NCBI RefSeq assembly: GCF_006345805.1
Contig: NC_043007.1
Location: forward strand, 60,574,001-60,638,000
Direction of reading: 5' to 3'
DNA length: 64,000 nucleotides
From: Octopus sinensis
Lineage: Eukaryota
In this document: piece by piece, positions 1-12,956 of the stretch
Numbering within the stretch: position 1 is the stretch's first letter
Layout of the letters: the number at the start of each line of letters is the position of its first letter
Position numbers and translations under genes: made by a program
Notes under the pieces: generated by a model
What the model was told of the DNA's origin: nothing
Database searches by the model: none
Seen by the model: the letters and a program-made list of their open reading frames with translations, nothing else

Positions 1-2086
1 AAAAAAACTTTTCAGTACTACCACCACCAACAACACCACCACTCTACTCTGACAATACAAACATTATCTGCCTCTCTCTCTCAGTATAACTACCTCTTGT
101 GTCTAGCTCTTTCTATTTGCTTTTCTTTAACCTCACCACCAAAACATCTCACTCTGCTAAATATTGTATCCTAAACATATCTCTTTCCCTTTACCTCCCC
201 ACCTTACAGCACATTAACACTTCTCTCTCCCTCTTTTCTCTCACTGTCTTTTTCTTTTGCTCTTCACTTCTCCCTTCAACTAACCACGTGACACATTTGG
301 CCTTATCATACATCTTTCTCTACTTCTTCACTTTCTTCTATACTCATATTCCTTCTCTCAATTTTACTCCACCTCTCATTCACTCCATTCCAACCCTCTA
401 ACTAGTTAAAGTATAATAGACAAACAAACAAGCAGATTATTATATAGATGTTGATAGGGTTTTTTAACATCGATATTTCCATGTTAGTATTAGCTGGATG
501 GTCTAGTAACTTGTCATAAATTAGTGTGAATAGAAAGGGTATGAGTCTATGGGCTTCCTATACCTTTTGAAACTGGAATATCTTCACAACTGAGATTAAT
601 GTCTAATTTGGAATCTCAAAGTTTAGTGTTTCAAAGGAAAACATAGACAAGAAGAGAGTTTTAGTAGGGTATGGTCTAGGAGAAGGATTTAAATGATATC
701 TGTTGATGTGACATGGTGGAAGTTATAAAAGAATTGGATATATTAAATGGGTTTAAGTGGGGAATATTTTAGAGTTGGTAACTTCAATCTGTTAGAGTTC
801 CAGAAAAATTAAAACTGCGATTCATCAGTGAGCCTAAAATTCATAAGCAAATGTTGACTTTTTGAGGGTTTTTTTTTCCATTTATAAAATATGATCCTGG
901 ATGTATCTATGTATGCAAGAGCACCTGAAGTGTATGAGTAGTATACTAGGCTAGTGAATGGAATTATTAAAGCATGGATTTTACTCATCGTCATCATCAT
1001 CATCATCATCATTTAATGTTTATCTTCTATGCTGGCATAAGTTAGATGGTTTGACAAAATCCAACGGGTTTGAGGACTGCATCATGCTCCGAAGGTAGTT
1101 TTGGCATGGTTTTTATGGCTGAATGCCTTTCCTAATGCCAACCAGTTTACATAGTGTATTAAATGCTTTTCTTACGGTAACAGTACTAGTGAGGTTGCCA
1201 TGCAGCCTGCAAGACAAAGACTCCCTTCAAATGAATGGAATTCCAGTATAAGATGGCTTTATGTTAAGAAATGAGAGGTTAAATCATGGGAGCCTCTTTA
1301 TTCACTGAACTGAATTTAGTAAATAGAGACTGCACAAAAATTTATCACACTTTTTTTTTATTTTGGCTGCTTTCATGAATCCCCATGACTTGTCACCATC
1401 CAATTCCATTTTTATGAATTTGAATTGGGAGTTTGAGTCATAGTGAATATTTCATTAACTGATTGCACAACCATGGACATCACCTCCATAGATGCATTGC
1501 AGTTGCTTTCTTGGTAGAGCTTGGTGATCCTGACCATTGATCTTCTAGAATTCCTTCATGCAGCATCAATGTAAGTTGAACTACCTCTTCACAATCTGCT
1601 GTACTACAGTCCCATGACTTCACTGTATCCCTGGAAAAGGTGACTGAATGGGTGCTATGCCTTGCCAAAAAGCAGCCTGTAGCTATGCAGGGCATGGTTG
1701 TCACTTTATGAAATATTTTCAAAATACCCACATACTCATTTATACACATATATACATGTGTTTATATATACATATCCACGAGTGTATAGATCTGTGCTGG
1801 TGTATATCTGTTTGATCTGACACTGCTAATTAAAACCAAGTAGTGGTGCATCAAAATAGTGAGTTAAATGATCTATAAAACATCATCATCATCACAAAAT
1901 GAACCATCCAACCCATGCCAGCATGAGTTGGATGGTTGAACAGGAGCTGGCAAGCCAGCTTGTGTCATGACTTAAACTTTTACCTATGCTGTGGGTTCTT
2001 TCTTACTTTCTATATTTTTATCATGTTTATGTTTGTAACTTTCAATAGAACTATCACTCTACTAAAAACTGCAGTTTTTATATGAA

Positions 2087-2312
2087 CCCTTTAGCATTCA
2101 GATTACTGTCAAATGTAATGTTTATTTATTCACATTGTTTTGAATTAATTATGGCTTTTCTTGTAGCTTTGATATTTCAATGATGTGATTGTTTATTTTC
2201 AGAATGACATTATAGGGTAGGTGTGAGAGGTTGGATCTGGACTTTTTGAACATAAAATATGTAGAATATTTGGGCCAAATATGGTCAGTTTAAATGTTTA
2301 AATGCTAAAGGG
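2087..2312. mobile_element. piggyBac-like non-autonomous MITE (TTAA family, TIR CCCTTTAGCATT)
   Basis: Begins (TGAA)CCCTTTAGCATT and ends AATGCTAAAGGG(TTAA). Related copies at 37067-37286, 45590-45783 and a degenerate one near 43603-43812. Confidence 0.7.
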
Positions 2313-2355
2313 TTAAACTAACCAAGTAAATTATTTTTATTTCAATGTTTTCAAG

Positions 2356-2496
2356 AGCAAATAAAAACTGGAAAAAAAGACATTGAAATGAGGAAGGTGA
2401 AGACTTCCAAGCAAAAAGTTTTCAAAATACAAAATGCCTACAAAAAAAAGGTTACCAAGAGTAAATCACTGGGAAAACAGAAAAAGAATTTTCAAG
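2356..2496 (+). CDS. Exon of uncharacterised coiled-coil gene (module copy 1)
   Basis: ttttcaAG acceptor and G|GTAATA donor; 141 nt, phase 1-1, open: EQIKTGKKDIEMRKVKTSKQKVFKIQNAYKKKVTKSKSLGKQKKNFQ. Homologous to the exons at 6583 and 8021. Upstream exons not identified. Confidence 0.6.
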
Positions 2497-3326
2497 GTAA
2501 TAATAATAATTCTTTCTACTATAAGCACAAGCCCTGAACTTAGATGTTTATTAAATAAATAAATAAATAATTTAATGGATATAGATTAAATTATAGTATT
2601 TTAGCTTCACTTAATGTATATTATGTATTTTATTTTATGTATATTATGTATTTTGTTTTAAATATTTTGTTTTAATTGTATTTTAATTTTCCAGTAATGA
2701 TATACTATAGTTTGTTATTTTTTTTATAAGCTAAAATATATTTTCATAGATAAAATAAATATTTCTATATATTTATTTTAGTTTTATTTACACCACGTTT
2801 TTAATGAGATAAATTTATTATAAACACCAAGTCCTATGTATTAGGTTAAAAGATTTAGTTAACAGAATATATTTGATAAGATATTTCGTGATTTTGTTCA
2901 ATTTTTTATTGAAAATTTATGTATTTTTATATGTATTTATATTTTCTTATAAGATAATATATGTACATTTATTTAATTATTTTATTGTTTTTATCTTGGA
3001 TCTCATGAGTGACTATATTTAAATTGAATTGATTTTATTGTTATCAATTTGAAAATATAGGCAGGAAACACGTGTAGTCAATTTACTAATTATATACTAT
3101 TCATTTATTATTTCGTACTTTATTTAGTTCTAGCTAAATATTTTATTGTATCTTTAATTTTTTTTTCTATATGGTATGATTTAAGTATATCATTGTTGAA
3201 TTACTACATGGTGGTTCTTCTCTAATTTGTATACGTGTATTATATATTGTGAAATTTGATTTAGTATTACTAAATTGAATTTTTCCCTGCAAGTTTGGAA
3301 TCATATTCCCTAATATTATTATTATT

Positions 3327-3387
<61 letters not shown>

Positions 3388-3392
<5 letters not shown>

Positions 3393-4640
3393 GTTGGACA
3401 AAATAATGGAAACACCTTAAAATTTCAGACAAATTTATTCTGAGGTAGGACCATCTTTGGCAGTAATTACAGCTTGAATTCTACAAGGTATGGACTCGTA
3501 CAAAGTTTGGATTGTTTCCAAAGGAAATTTTGTCCATTCTTCAGCTAAAACAGTCTCCAGTTCTTGTAGTGATGATGGTGGAGGATATCAACTCCTTACT
3601 TGTTTTTCTAAAATGCACTATAAATGTTCAATAATATTGAGATCTGGAGACTGTTGTGGCCAGATAAGATCTTCAACTTCACTAGAATGTTCCTCGTGCC
3701 ATTCAGTAACAACTTTAGCCCTGTGAATTGGTGCATTATCATCCGGAGAGATTGCGTTTCCCTCCGGAAACAGCTCCACAACATTAGGATGAATTTGATC
3801 AATTAAAATGCTTGAATAGTCTTGACTATTAATTCTGCTATGAAGCAAAACCATTGGGCTGGTGGATTTCCAAGATATAGTGCCCCCAGATCATCACTGA
3901 TCCTCCTCCATGTTTAACAGTTAGAAGAAGGCAGTCTAGGTCAAATGCTTCTTTTGGCTGTCTCCACACGTATACTCGGCCAGTGATTGGAAATAAGGTA
4001 AAGGATGACTTGTCCAAGAAAATAACATTCTTCCACTGCTCTAGGTTTTTACTCCACTCTAAATGCTTTGCAACGTTTGTTTTTGAAAGTAGTGGTTTTC
4101 TGATTGCAACCCTCCCATGAAATCTGGCTTTGTGCAGCTCTTGGCGAACATATTTTGTGGAAACTGGGTTCTCAAAGTGGTCATTAAACTCTGCAGTAAT
4201 TTTGGGAGCTGTACTTTTGTGATCCTTTCTAACAATTCGTATAAGAGTCTGATAGTTCCTATCTGAAAGTTTTGGTTTTCTCCCAGAGCTTTGTTTCGAC
4301 GAGGAGGTTTTTCCCTCTATCTCAAAGGCTGTCATTACTTACAAGACAGTACCTCTTGATACACCAAACATTTTGGCTGTTTTTGTTACACTAGCACCTA
4401 CCATACAAGCACCAACAATTTGACCTTTTGAAAGTCCAATAGATCTGTCATTTTAATGAATTTTAATTACCTTTCTTTGATGGTATCTGAAAAGAAACAG
4501 CAATTTTAGCAAAACATATTATGAAGCAATAATAATGAATCAAAAAACATAAAAATAAACAAGCTTTTGACGGTTTTATAGATATTTCAAAATTACGATG
4601 CTTTGATGGTAGGTGTTTCTATTATTTTGTCCAACCCCTG
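3388..4640 (-). mobile_element. Tc1-family (DD34E) DNA transposon, full length, defective
   Basis: ~30-bp TIRs (C/T)AGGGGTTGGACAAAATAAT(G/A)GAAACACCT at 3388-3417 and 4611-4640, flanked by TA. Confidence 0.92.
3435..4451 (-). pseudogene. Tc1 transposase remnant
   Basis: Fragments GQIVGA..GASVTKTA, GRKPKLSDR, FLDKSSF, KHGGGSVMIWG, DDNAPIH and WPQQSPDLNIIEHL, interrupted by stops and frameshifts (ORFs 3838-4335 and 3618-3854). Confidence 0.9.
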
Positions 4641-6582
4641 TATATACACACATATATATGTGAAACCTCTGAAGCTTATGCTATTGGTAGTTACTTGGAC
4701 TTCACGGTCACTTCAGAAATTTCTCTTCATCCTCTTCCACAGGTGTTCTTTATAGGCCCCAAAACTGGCAGATGCTACCCAAAAATGAAACATCAACCAC
4801 TTGGGTTAATTGCTTGTTATTCTATCAGCTTTGTCATCTGTACCGTCAATGAATCTATGTGACCTTTAGCACAAGAATAGTAACCCTACCATAATCATTA
4901 TTATGCATCAGCATGAATATAATCATTTCATCTGTTTGTATATATATATGGGATTACATTTTCTAATATATCCTAATTTAAGAGGGTAGTGTGTTATTTG
5001 AGGAAAACTTGAGCTGGTATCAATCAGGTCATACACCCATGAAGAGGCCTTTCTACTTGGCTCAAAATATAGTTTGTCATGTAAAAACACAATGATGGAA
5101 GGTATTTGAGTCATGATAGTTTCACCTTTTCTATGTCTAGAATCTATGTTGATTAATATAGCCTTTATTTAATAGTATAGCAAGTAATATATTCCTTTTA
5201 CACATTAACTTCTTGACACCTAACGCATGTTCTCTGTCTCTCTCTCTTTCTCTACTATATTCCTATTTAGCCAAGGGGATTTTTAGTTTTAGTAATTACA
5301 TGGCAACCTCACTAATGTTAGTGACATGAAAAATGCACTCAATACATTCTGTAACATGGTTGGTGCCAGGAGGAGCATCCAGCCCTGGAAACCATGCTAA
5401 AGCAGACATTGGAGCTTGGTGTAGTCCTCCAACATGTTGGTTCCTGCTGAATTGTCCAAGTTATGTCAGCAGGGAAGATGGACATTAGATGACAGTGATA
5501 ATTTGTGATGAATTTGTGAGATATTGCCTGTTATTTTCAGCAGGTTAAGCCAAAACTGAATTGTGTGTGCTTACCAAACCCTGACTTGTCTGATGATAAA
5601 AATGTTTGATAATAAAAACAGGGTTTTCCAATTTTTCAATGTGTTCTATTACTTTGTGTAAATATATATATTTCAGATAAATCTAAAACAAGTATAAGAA
5701 AGAAGTAAAGTTGTATAAAAACACAAATTAATTATTTTTTTAATTTGAAATAAGTTCTATTTTTTTTTCACTACCCACTATTTAACATATTTTCTTTGGT
5801 GTACAATAGCAAAATATTTTCCTTTTATTGACAGCAGTGACATAGCATGAGTTGCCAGTACCTGGGGCAAAGCAAGTATTGCTGGGAGGAAAAACTATTT
5901 TCTTATATTTATTATTACCACCTTATTTTTTACTTTTGACATTTTGCATCTCTGTGGCCTTTTCCACACTTCACCTCTGATTAACAGTAAATATTTACTA
6001 TAAATTATGAGGTCATTTGTAGATAGTCAATAGCTTAGTAATAGAACATTGAACTGGTTCATTTCCTCGGTTCATAACAAAACCCCTTCAACATGTTTCA
6101 TGTAGACGGGGTTTTGTTATGTTCTTGAAATTATTACTATTTGAAATTAATGTTATTGATGCTTTTAAACTACAGGATCATATCTTTTACCTGTACATAA
6201 ATTTCTATAGCAATATTCTACCAAAAAGACATTTCAAGCAATAATATTTACAACTTCATTACTGAACCTTATTTAAATACAGCTACCATGCTTGATGTTT
6301 TGGGGAGTTTTTTTTATATTTGTTAATACCTGAATATAAAGGTGACAGAGCAAGAAAGAGCTATTAAATGCCTGACTTATTTATGTACATAGATGTTTAA
6401 GATCTATATTAGCACAAAGTAGAGCAATGTAGTTAATACAAATAGGTCAATTGCTTTTTAGATCTATAAGTTGTATTACTAAGTTAATAAATAAGCCATT
6501 ATTCACACAATAAAAACATTTGTATGACTACCAAATAATATTAAACTAATCTGGCAAATTAATTTTTTTCATTGTTTTTAAG

Positions 6583-6906
6583 AACAAAGGAAAGAGAAGC
6601 AAGTAAAAACTGAAAAGGAATACAATGAAATTACGAAAGAGCTGAAGCAATGCCTGAATGAAAAAGATGAGCAAGTGAAATCTTCAAAACAACAAATTTT
6701 AAAAATACAAAATGCCCATAGACAAGAACTTACCAAGAATAAATCACTGGAAGAACAGATAAAAGTTTTGAAACTTAAACATGAAAATAGGATAGTCACT
6801 TTGATAAAATTATTCCAGTCTCATATAAATCAGTTGAAATTTGATCATGATATGGTGTTTAGCAGAATAAAAACTGATTACAATAATTACAAGAGAAAAG
6901 TGAATG
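6583..6906 (+). CDS. Exon of uncharacterised coiled-coil gene (module copy 2)
   Basis: tttttaAG acceptor and G|GTAATT donor; 324 nt, phase 1-1: EQRKEKQVKTEKEYNEITKELKQCLNEKDEQVKSSKQQILKIQNAHRQELTKNKSLEEQIKVLK...KRKVN. Confidence 0.75.
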
Positions 6907-7470
6907 GTAATTCTAGTTTAACTTTTGTGTGTGTGTTTAAATTTTATTTCATTTACTATTTTCTTCTTTAAAGAAGGGCAGAAACAATAGTTTCTATGTT
7001 TTATATTGTTTATTTTGGAAGTTGTATTTAAAGATATTGATGCTTTTAAACAAAAAGTTAATATATTTTACCTGTACCTAAATTTTTATAGCACTGTCAC
7101 TCTACCAAAGCATCTTTCCTGGCAATAATGCTTGTTATGTTGCTCCCAAGTTACATTTAAATGTAGTTACTGCACATGGTAAAATCAAAGACACTGGAAG
7201 TTTGTTTGGGTTTTTTTTTTAATGCCTGAATATGAAAAAGATATATCAAGTAATAGATGTCAACTATCTCAACTATCCAAGTACTTAATAGAAATTTGTA
7301 TAAATGCAACGTAAAACAATTTAGTTTATGTGAAACATTCAATTTATTCCTAGATTGTCACTATCATCATATATCCACTTTCCATGTTACCTTGGGCTCA
7401 AAGCAGACATTATGATCTTTTCTAATGCTACTGCTCTTCTAAACACAGAGAACTATGGCTTGATTGTATG

Positions 7471-7740
7471 CAGGGCTGATTTTAAGCCAATTAGACAGAT
7501 TTGTTCAAATTGGGCCCCATGCCAAGAGAGGGTCCTGTACACACACTCAAACAGAGGACATTATAATGAATTTTTAGCATGTCTTTATGGCTAATGGTGG
7601 AGCCACAAGCTTTCAATGCATTTTGGCTGGGACTGTCATACTACATGAAGCATACAACATCAATCTTCAGCTTGTGTAGAGTAGAGGGACCCCACTGACA
7701 ATTCTCTAATTGGGCCCCATGTTTCCTTGCACTGGCCCTA
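7471..7740. mobile_element. hAT-type MITE
   Basis: Termini CAGGGCTG ... CTGGCCCT(A); perfect 8-bp TSD ATTGTATG at 7463-7470 and 7741-7748. Confidence 0.8.
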
Positions 7741-8020
7741 ATTGTATGTTCCATTTTTGACATTGTTTCTACAGCTGCACATGTTCCCTAATTCTAAGCA
7801 TTTTACAGAGAATACCTGAGATAATTTTATCTCAACCCTACACTGTCTGTGCTTGTTTGCCAAGTCATCAATAAGTAGTATTGCTAATGTTAATTCAAAA
7901 AAGAGGTTATTACTCACACAATATTAACAATAAGCATGCATTATGATGATGATGCCTAATCACAATTAAACTAACATAACATTTTATTTTTATCTGATTG
8001 TCTTTCAAATTAAATTGAAG

Positions 8021-8200
8021 AGATGTCAAAAGTTGCTTATGCAGATCACAAAGAAATGGTGAATCAACTGACCAAATATATGATTGAGAATGATAAGGAA
8101 TCAAAAACTTCCAAGCAAGAAATAGTTAAAATACAGAGTGCCTATGAAGAAAAGAGTACTGAATGTAAATCTTTGGAGAAAGAGATAGAGGTGTTGAAAG
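8021..8200 (+). CDS. Exon of uncharacterised coiled-coil gene (module copy 3)
   Basis: gaAG acceptor and G|GTGATT donor; 180 nt, phase 1-1: EMSKVAYADHKEMVNQLTKYMIENDKESKTSKQEIVKIQSAYEEKSTECKSLEKEIEVLK. Confidence 0.7.
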
Positions 8201-9319
8201 GTGATTATAATTATGAGATAAATTCTATGAATCTTACTGCCTGCCCTCAAGAATTTTTACCTTTGTTCTTTCCCTGTGAGGAATCTGATTAAGGTTCCTC
8301 TCCATCTTAACTCTTGCACACAATGCACATTTACATGTTTCCACTTTAGTATTTCTACTATCTCTCCAGACTTATCTCTCATTGTGTCTACATTGGCTGA
8401 GGCAGCTCTAAAGTTATTGACGTGATGGGAAGTGTAGACAGGGTAACTGGTATGTTTTCAGCATCTGAAAGGAAGAAGGTTTGTGGGAGTATTTGACAGT
8501 AGACAATGGACTTTTGCATATGTCAAAATATTTCCATTTAAAGAATTGCTATTACCTACAGTTAAGCTATTGGGTTTGGTTCCATTATAGTAGAAGAAAA
8601 AAACCATGCTTTAACTATGAGTGTAATGTTGTATGTAGAATGTGAATCTTAATGTGAGGCTTTGCTATTTTAGACTCTAGACTGTATAAACATGTAAAAT
8701 ATGTTAACATATAGAATGTATAGACATGTATAAGCACTGTCTCTGATGTACAAAATGTTGCTGGTCAAGAGCATTGCCTTACTGAAGCACTTATTTTACC
8801 TGATAAATGGAAACTGTATTCACTTGTATATAATTAGTTTGCCTCTATCTCAGAGTTTACGTTAAAATATGATTTGTGCTGTGTCAAATTGTCAAATAAA
8901 GCCCAATAAAATAATTAACTACAAAAAAATACTGGAATCAGTATGAGCCACTAGAGATTCCATAAGATTGTGCCCTAGGAAGAGAACAGTCCAGTGCCTG
9001 AAACCAGTAGCAGAATAGAAGAATGGTTAACTTTTGTAAAATACTTTTCAGTGCACTTTACTGAGATCTTACTTACTTGTCAGCTACATTATACGAGACA
9101 TATAGATTTGAATTCATTTAATTTCAGTAGTTGATTTTAATGTTTACTCACCATTTGTACATTTTGTATTATGCTTTTTTTTATTATATGTCTTTTTTTT
9201 CCAACATTATATGCATGTGTGTGATTGTATATTGTTGTTGTTGTTGTTGTTGATGATGTTGTTGTTGATGATGTTGTTGTTGTTGTTGTTATTGTTATCA
9301 TTATTATTATTATTTCTAT

Positions 9320-9416
9320 TTAAAACAGGTTGATTCGGCCTGAGTCCGACAAGTTAGATACCTGTAATGAGCTTACGAAACTTTAAGTTGCATGGGGCCA
9401 AATCAACCTGTTTTAA
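9320..9416. repeat. Short fold-back element (hairpin or tiny MITE)
   Basis: TTAAAACAGGTTGATTcGGCC ... GGCCAAATCAACCTGTTTTAA, 20/21-bp inverted arms. Confidence 0.7.
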
Positions 9417-9502
9417 CTAATGATATATGTAACTCCTATTAAATGTGTTGAGTGCCTCTTTCTTTTGTTTGTCCACTCACCCACATATGTGTGTACATAA
9501 AG

Positions 9503-9816
9503 ATTGCCACTCCCGAGAATTAGCCTCTTCACAATCCCAATGTGAAGAACTTCAACAGGCCTTACGTGAAACCATAAGTAACTGTGAGAAAATTCTGTCT
9601 GACAAAAAAATGTTGATGATGCTATTTGAGTATGAACAGATGTCTGAAAAGAAAATTTATGAAGAGGAGATCAACGAACTAAACAGAATTATAAATGAAG
9701 TCAGAAACGAGTGTCAACAGTGGAAAAAGGCAAGCACAGAACTCACTAAACTTGAAATAGCAACATCTCGAGAGTTAGAGGTACTTAAAAAGAAGCATGA
9801 AAATCTATGTTCTAAG
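9503..9816 (+). CDS. Exon of uncharacterised coiled-coil gene
   Basis: aaAG acceptor (phase 1) and AAG|GTAATT donor (phase 0). Heptad-rich DCHSRELASSQSQCEELQQALRETISNCEK...KKKHENLCSK, within ORF 9445-9831. Confidence 0.75.
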
Positions 9817-9953
9817 GTAATTCGTGTGTAGTATATTTTTTATTTTGCTTTGTTTGAAAATGAAACTTTTATGTGAGATGACACAGGATTGAAAGATAAA
9901 GAATGCTAATGAACTATAAAATGAATAAACTTTGCAAGCATATATATATATAT

Positions 9954-10216
9954 GCTTGCCAGTGCCACCCCGACTGGCCTCCGTGCCGGTGGCACATAAA
10001 AAGCACCATCCAATCGTGGCCGTTTGCCAGCCTCATCTGGCACGTAAAAAGCACCCACTACACTCACGGAGTGGTTGGCGTTAGGAAGGGCATCCAGCCG
10101 TAGAAACATTGCCAGATCAGACTGGGCTTGGTGCAGCCTTCTGGCTTCCCAGACCCAGTCGAACCGTCCAACCCATGCTAGCATGAAAAGCAGATGCTAA
10201 ACGATGATGATGATGA
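9954..10216 (+). mobile_element. 5'-truncated RTE-type LINE 3' end, (ATG)n-tailed repeat
   Basis: GGTGGCACGTAAAAAGCACC...GGTTGGCGTTAGGAAGGGCATCCAGC...CCCATGCTAGCATG...(GAT)n. The same 3' end is joined to RTE ORF2 at 40213-41510. Other copies near 1006-1250, 28475-28705, 37503-37680, 39613-39935, 55498-55770 and 57146-57330. Confidence 0.8.
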
Positions 10217-10282
10217 TATATAGATATTGATGATAATGAGCATAGCGATAACAGTGATGACTATTATTATCATCTTTTTGAA

Positions 10283-10480
10283 GGTAGTGAGCTGGCAGAA
10301 TTGTTAGCATGCCGGGAAAATGCTTAGCAGTATTTCACCTGTCTTTACATTCTGAATTCAAATTCTGCCACGGTTGACTTTACTTTTCATCCTTTCAGAG
10401 TCAATAAATTAAGTACTTGTGAAACACTTGGATTGATGTAATTAACTACTCCCTTCCCCCAAAAATTTCAGACTTTGTAT
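10283..10480 (+). mobile_element. tRNA-derived SINE with Nin/Deu-like core
   Basis: Head GGTAGTGAGCTGGCAGAATTGTTAG...TTCAAATTCTGCC, then a TTTCATCCTTTC..GTC.ATAAA.TAAGTAC core. Copies near 43050-43250, 52100-52570, 56815-57000, 57590-57790 and 62555-63150. Confidence 0.7.
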
Positions 10481-11354
10481 CTGAAAGGATTCTTATCATC
10501 TTTTTGTTTTCCTCTTCATTTAACTTGTTTCATCTCTTGGAGTCTAAAGATAAGATGTCTGTGTACAGAGGTTTCAGCCTCAGTAGGGATTATCAGCACA
10601 TCAATTGTCCAAACTTATTTTCAGCAGATGATGCACTTAGACATTTATAAAAAAAAAAGCAGGACAAGCTTTGATTTCCATAAATTGCTGTGCAGATGAT
10701 ACCTTTTGATATTAAGGCAGAAACAAGAGTTCACAGCTGTCTGCTTCTCTTCAGGCAATCAGACTGTCTTTTCGTTAAAGGTATGTCAGGAAAATTCTTG
10801 ATTCATGAGATTATCTCCTCTTCTTATCTGAAGTTGCCATCGAGTGACTGATCTCTCTTAACTCTTAAAGCAGAGTTAGTTTCAATAAATCAAAATTTAT
10901 CTTGCATGTTATTTGATATACCCCTTAATTACCATTATTCCCAGGTCTGTTCTGATCCAGACCAGTAAGTACTTGTCTGGGTCCCATCTATGGGTTAAAT
11001 AGATTTCCCCTGAGAGGCTCCCTCCTTTTTTTTTTTTTTGACAAAGACATGGGGAGGGCAGCTCTTCTAGGAGAAAGATATTCTGACATAAAACTTGCAG
11101 TCAAAATAGTACCTGTCATTTTGCAATGCTTGTCACTCAAACTGAGAGTGGCAAAAGTGTTGTACAGGCTTTTGTTACTTAAATCCAATGATATACAGAT
11201 GTCTTGCTATCATTTCATATCCTAGTTACTTGAAAAGTCATATCTGTGCAAATTCACGGATGAAAGTTAGCCAGAACAATCAGGCTGAATGTAAGAGAGC
11301 TATCTTCTGACAAGATGAGGCATCATCATACACACATATATATATAGATAGATG

Positions 11355-11392
<38 letters not shown>

Positions 11393-12158
11393 GAGAGAGA
11401 GGGGGGGGGAGAAGGAGGGGATAATGATGTAAATACAGAAATAAAACCACTTGGGCTAGATATATGAAATATACATACACATATAAATAGACAGAAAAGA
11501 AAGACTATTTGCAATGCATAAGATGTACTAGACTGGTTTGGGTGGTTAAGATTGCATGTTGTATAACTGGTAATTTCTAGATGCTTTGAAATAAATCGAC
11601 AGACAATAGTTTATACTTATCATGGCTGCTGTTCAACTGTTACAAGGTTTTTCACAACTACAATGATTTGGAAGTAGATACAAATGTGAGTTTGATTTAC
11701 TAGAGAACTTCTTGCTGTAGTCGTAGCGGTCTCCTACTAAGTTGTGGGGAAGGTGAAATGTAATGATGTAAAGCTCACACAAGGTTTTCCATTGATGACA
11801 AGTTAACTGTCTATGGGTAACTGAAGAAAAGAGAGACAGAGAAGTTAACTCACTAAAATTTGCAAAGAAAAGTAAATGTTTTTCTGTAGGTGTCTCAAAT
11901 TAATACCTGTACTGAAGTTGAACAAGTTCAGTAACAATGGAATTGGATGGACTATCTAAATTTAACTCAACTGAGATGGTGATGAACTTGACAGGTGATG
12001 CTAATAAATTCTGAGTGCAAATTCTGAGAACAATAGACAAAAGCATGATAACTGAGGTTTTGATTCTTGGTTGTGAATTTAGTGTGCATCCCCCACACAC
12101 ACACACACACCATATATATATGTATGTATTATCTATGTATGTAGTATGCATGCATGTA

Positions 12159-12196
<38 letters not shown>

Positions 12197-12800
12197 ATGT
12201 ATGTATGGTGATGCAAACAGGAAAAATAGAACTCAAAATATGAGTACATGTATATACTAGTTTGATAAGTGCCAATGCATGAAGCTCTCAGCCCTTGAGT
12301 CACTCTGTTGCTTCTGCTAAATATCAATATATTGTATGAGGAAAAAGGTGAGTAACTCAACTTGTTGGTATTCTATCAATGCCTATAATGCCAATGGATT
12401 AAACTCAATGTGTAAAATATGAAACTACAAATGCATCTTGTCTGATTTTAAAGGCTTGTACTAAGTGATCTATTCTATGTTGTGTAAATAAAAACAAGAC
12501 AGTTTCAGATTCTATTACACAAACTTCCTGTTTTGAACTAATCTAAATTAAAACTTTCCATTAAAATTTCATGTAAAATTATGTTTGAAACACCATCTTA
12601 ATAGTGATAAAGTTATTTAAATTTTTCATTATTTTCAAAATTAATTGAAACAAAGTCAGTGTATTTCTAATAGAAGTATGGTAACAACAGAGTTAAGTAT
12701 CTTGAACATGTGTGTTTTTTAACTTAACAATTTGCAGATTGTAGTAGATACTGCATGGAAACTAAAGCATAATTTCGACCTTTTTATTTTTTCTCTCCAG

Positions 12801-12956
12801 ATTGAAAGTCTCAAGAAAGAACTGAAGACAACCAAAGAAGAGAAGGGAGTTGTTATTGGTAAACTCCAGGACTATGAAATATTTAATCTGCTGTTTACAG
12901 CAATGTGCTGTTCCTTATTTATGGTGCCCTTTGTAGGACTGACTGACAGTGTCTGA
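12801..12956 (+). CDS. Probable terminal coding exon of coiled-coil gene, hydrophobic C-terminus
   Basis: Strong ttttttctctccAG acceptor, phase 0 matching the previous exon: IESLKKELKTTKEEKGVVIGKLQDYEIFNLLFTAMCCSLFMVPFVGLTDSV*. An alternative internal donor G|GTAAAC lies at 12859. Confidence 0.6.
   Translation: MESLKKELKTTKEEKGVVIGKLQDYEIFNLLFTAMCCSLFMVPFVGLTDSV

Noticed and set aside
420-800. Possible ancient Penelope or LINE RT remnant (also 10550-11300 and 60720-61150)
   Set aside because: Only scattered motif fragments across broken frames; too degraded to annotate with confidence.
3167-3415. ORFs made of YIYI/HTHT/CVCV runs (also 11280-12360, 17300-17588, 34091-34432, 39841-40119, 49274-49538)
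   Set aside because: Translations of (TA)n, (CA)n and (GATA)n microsatellites.
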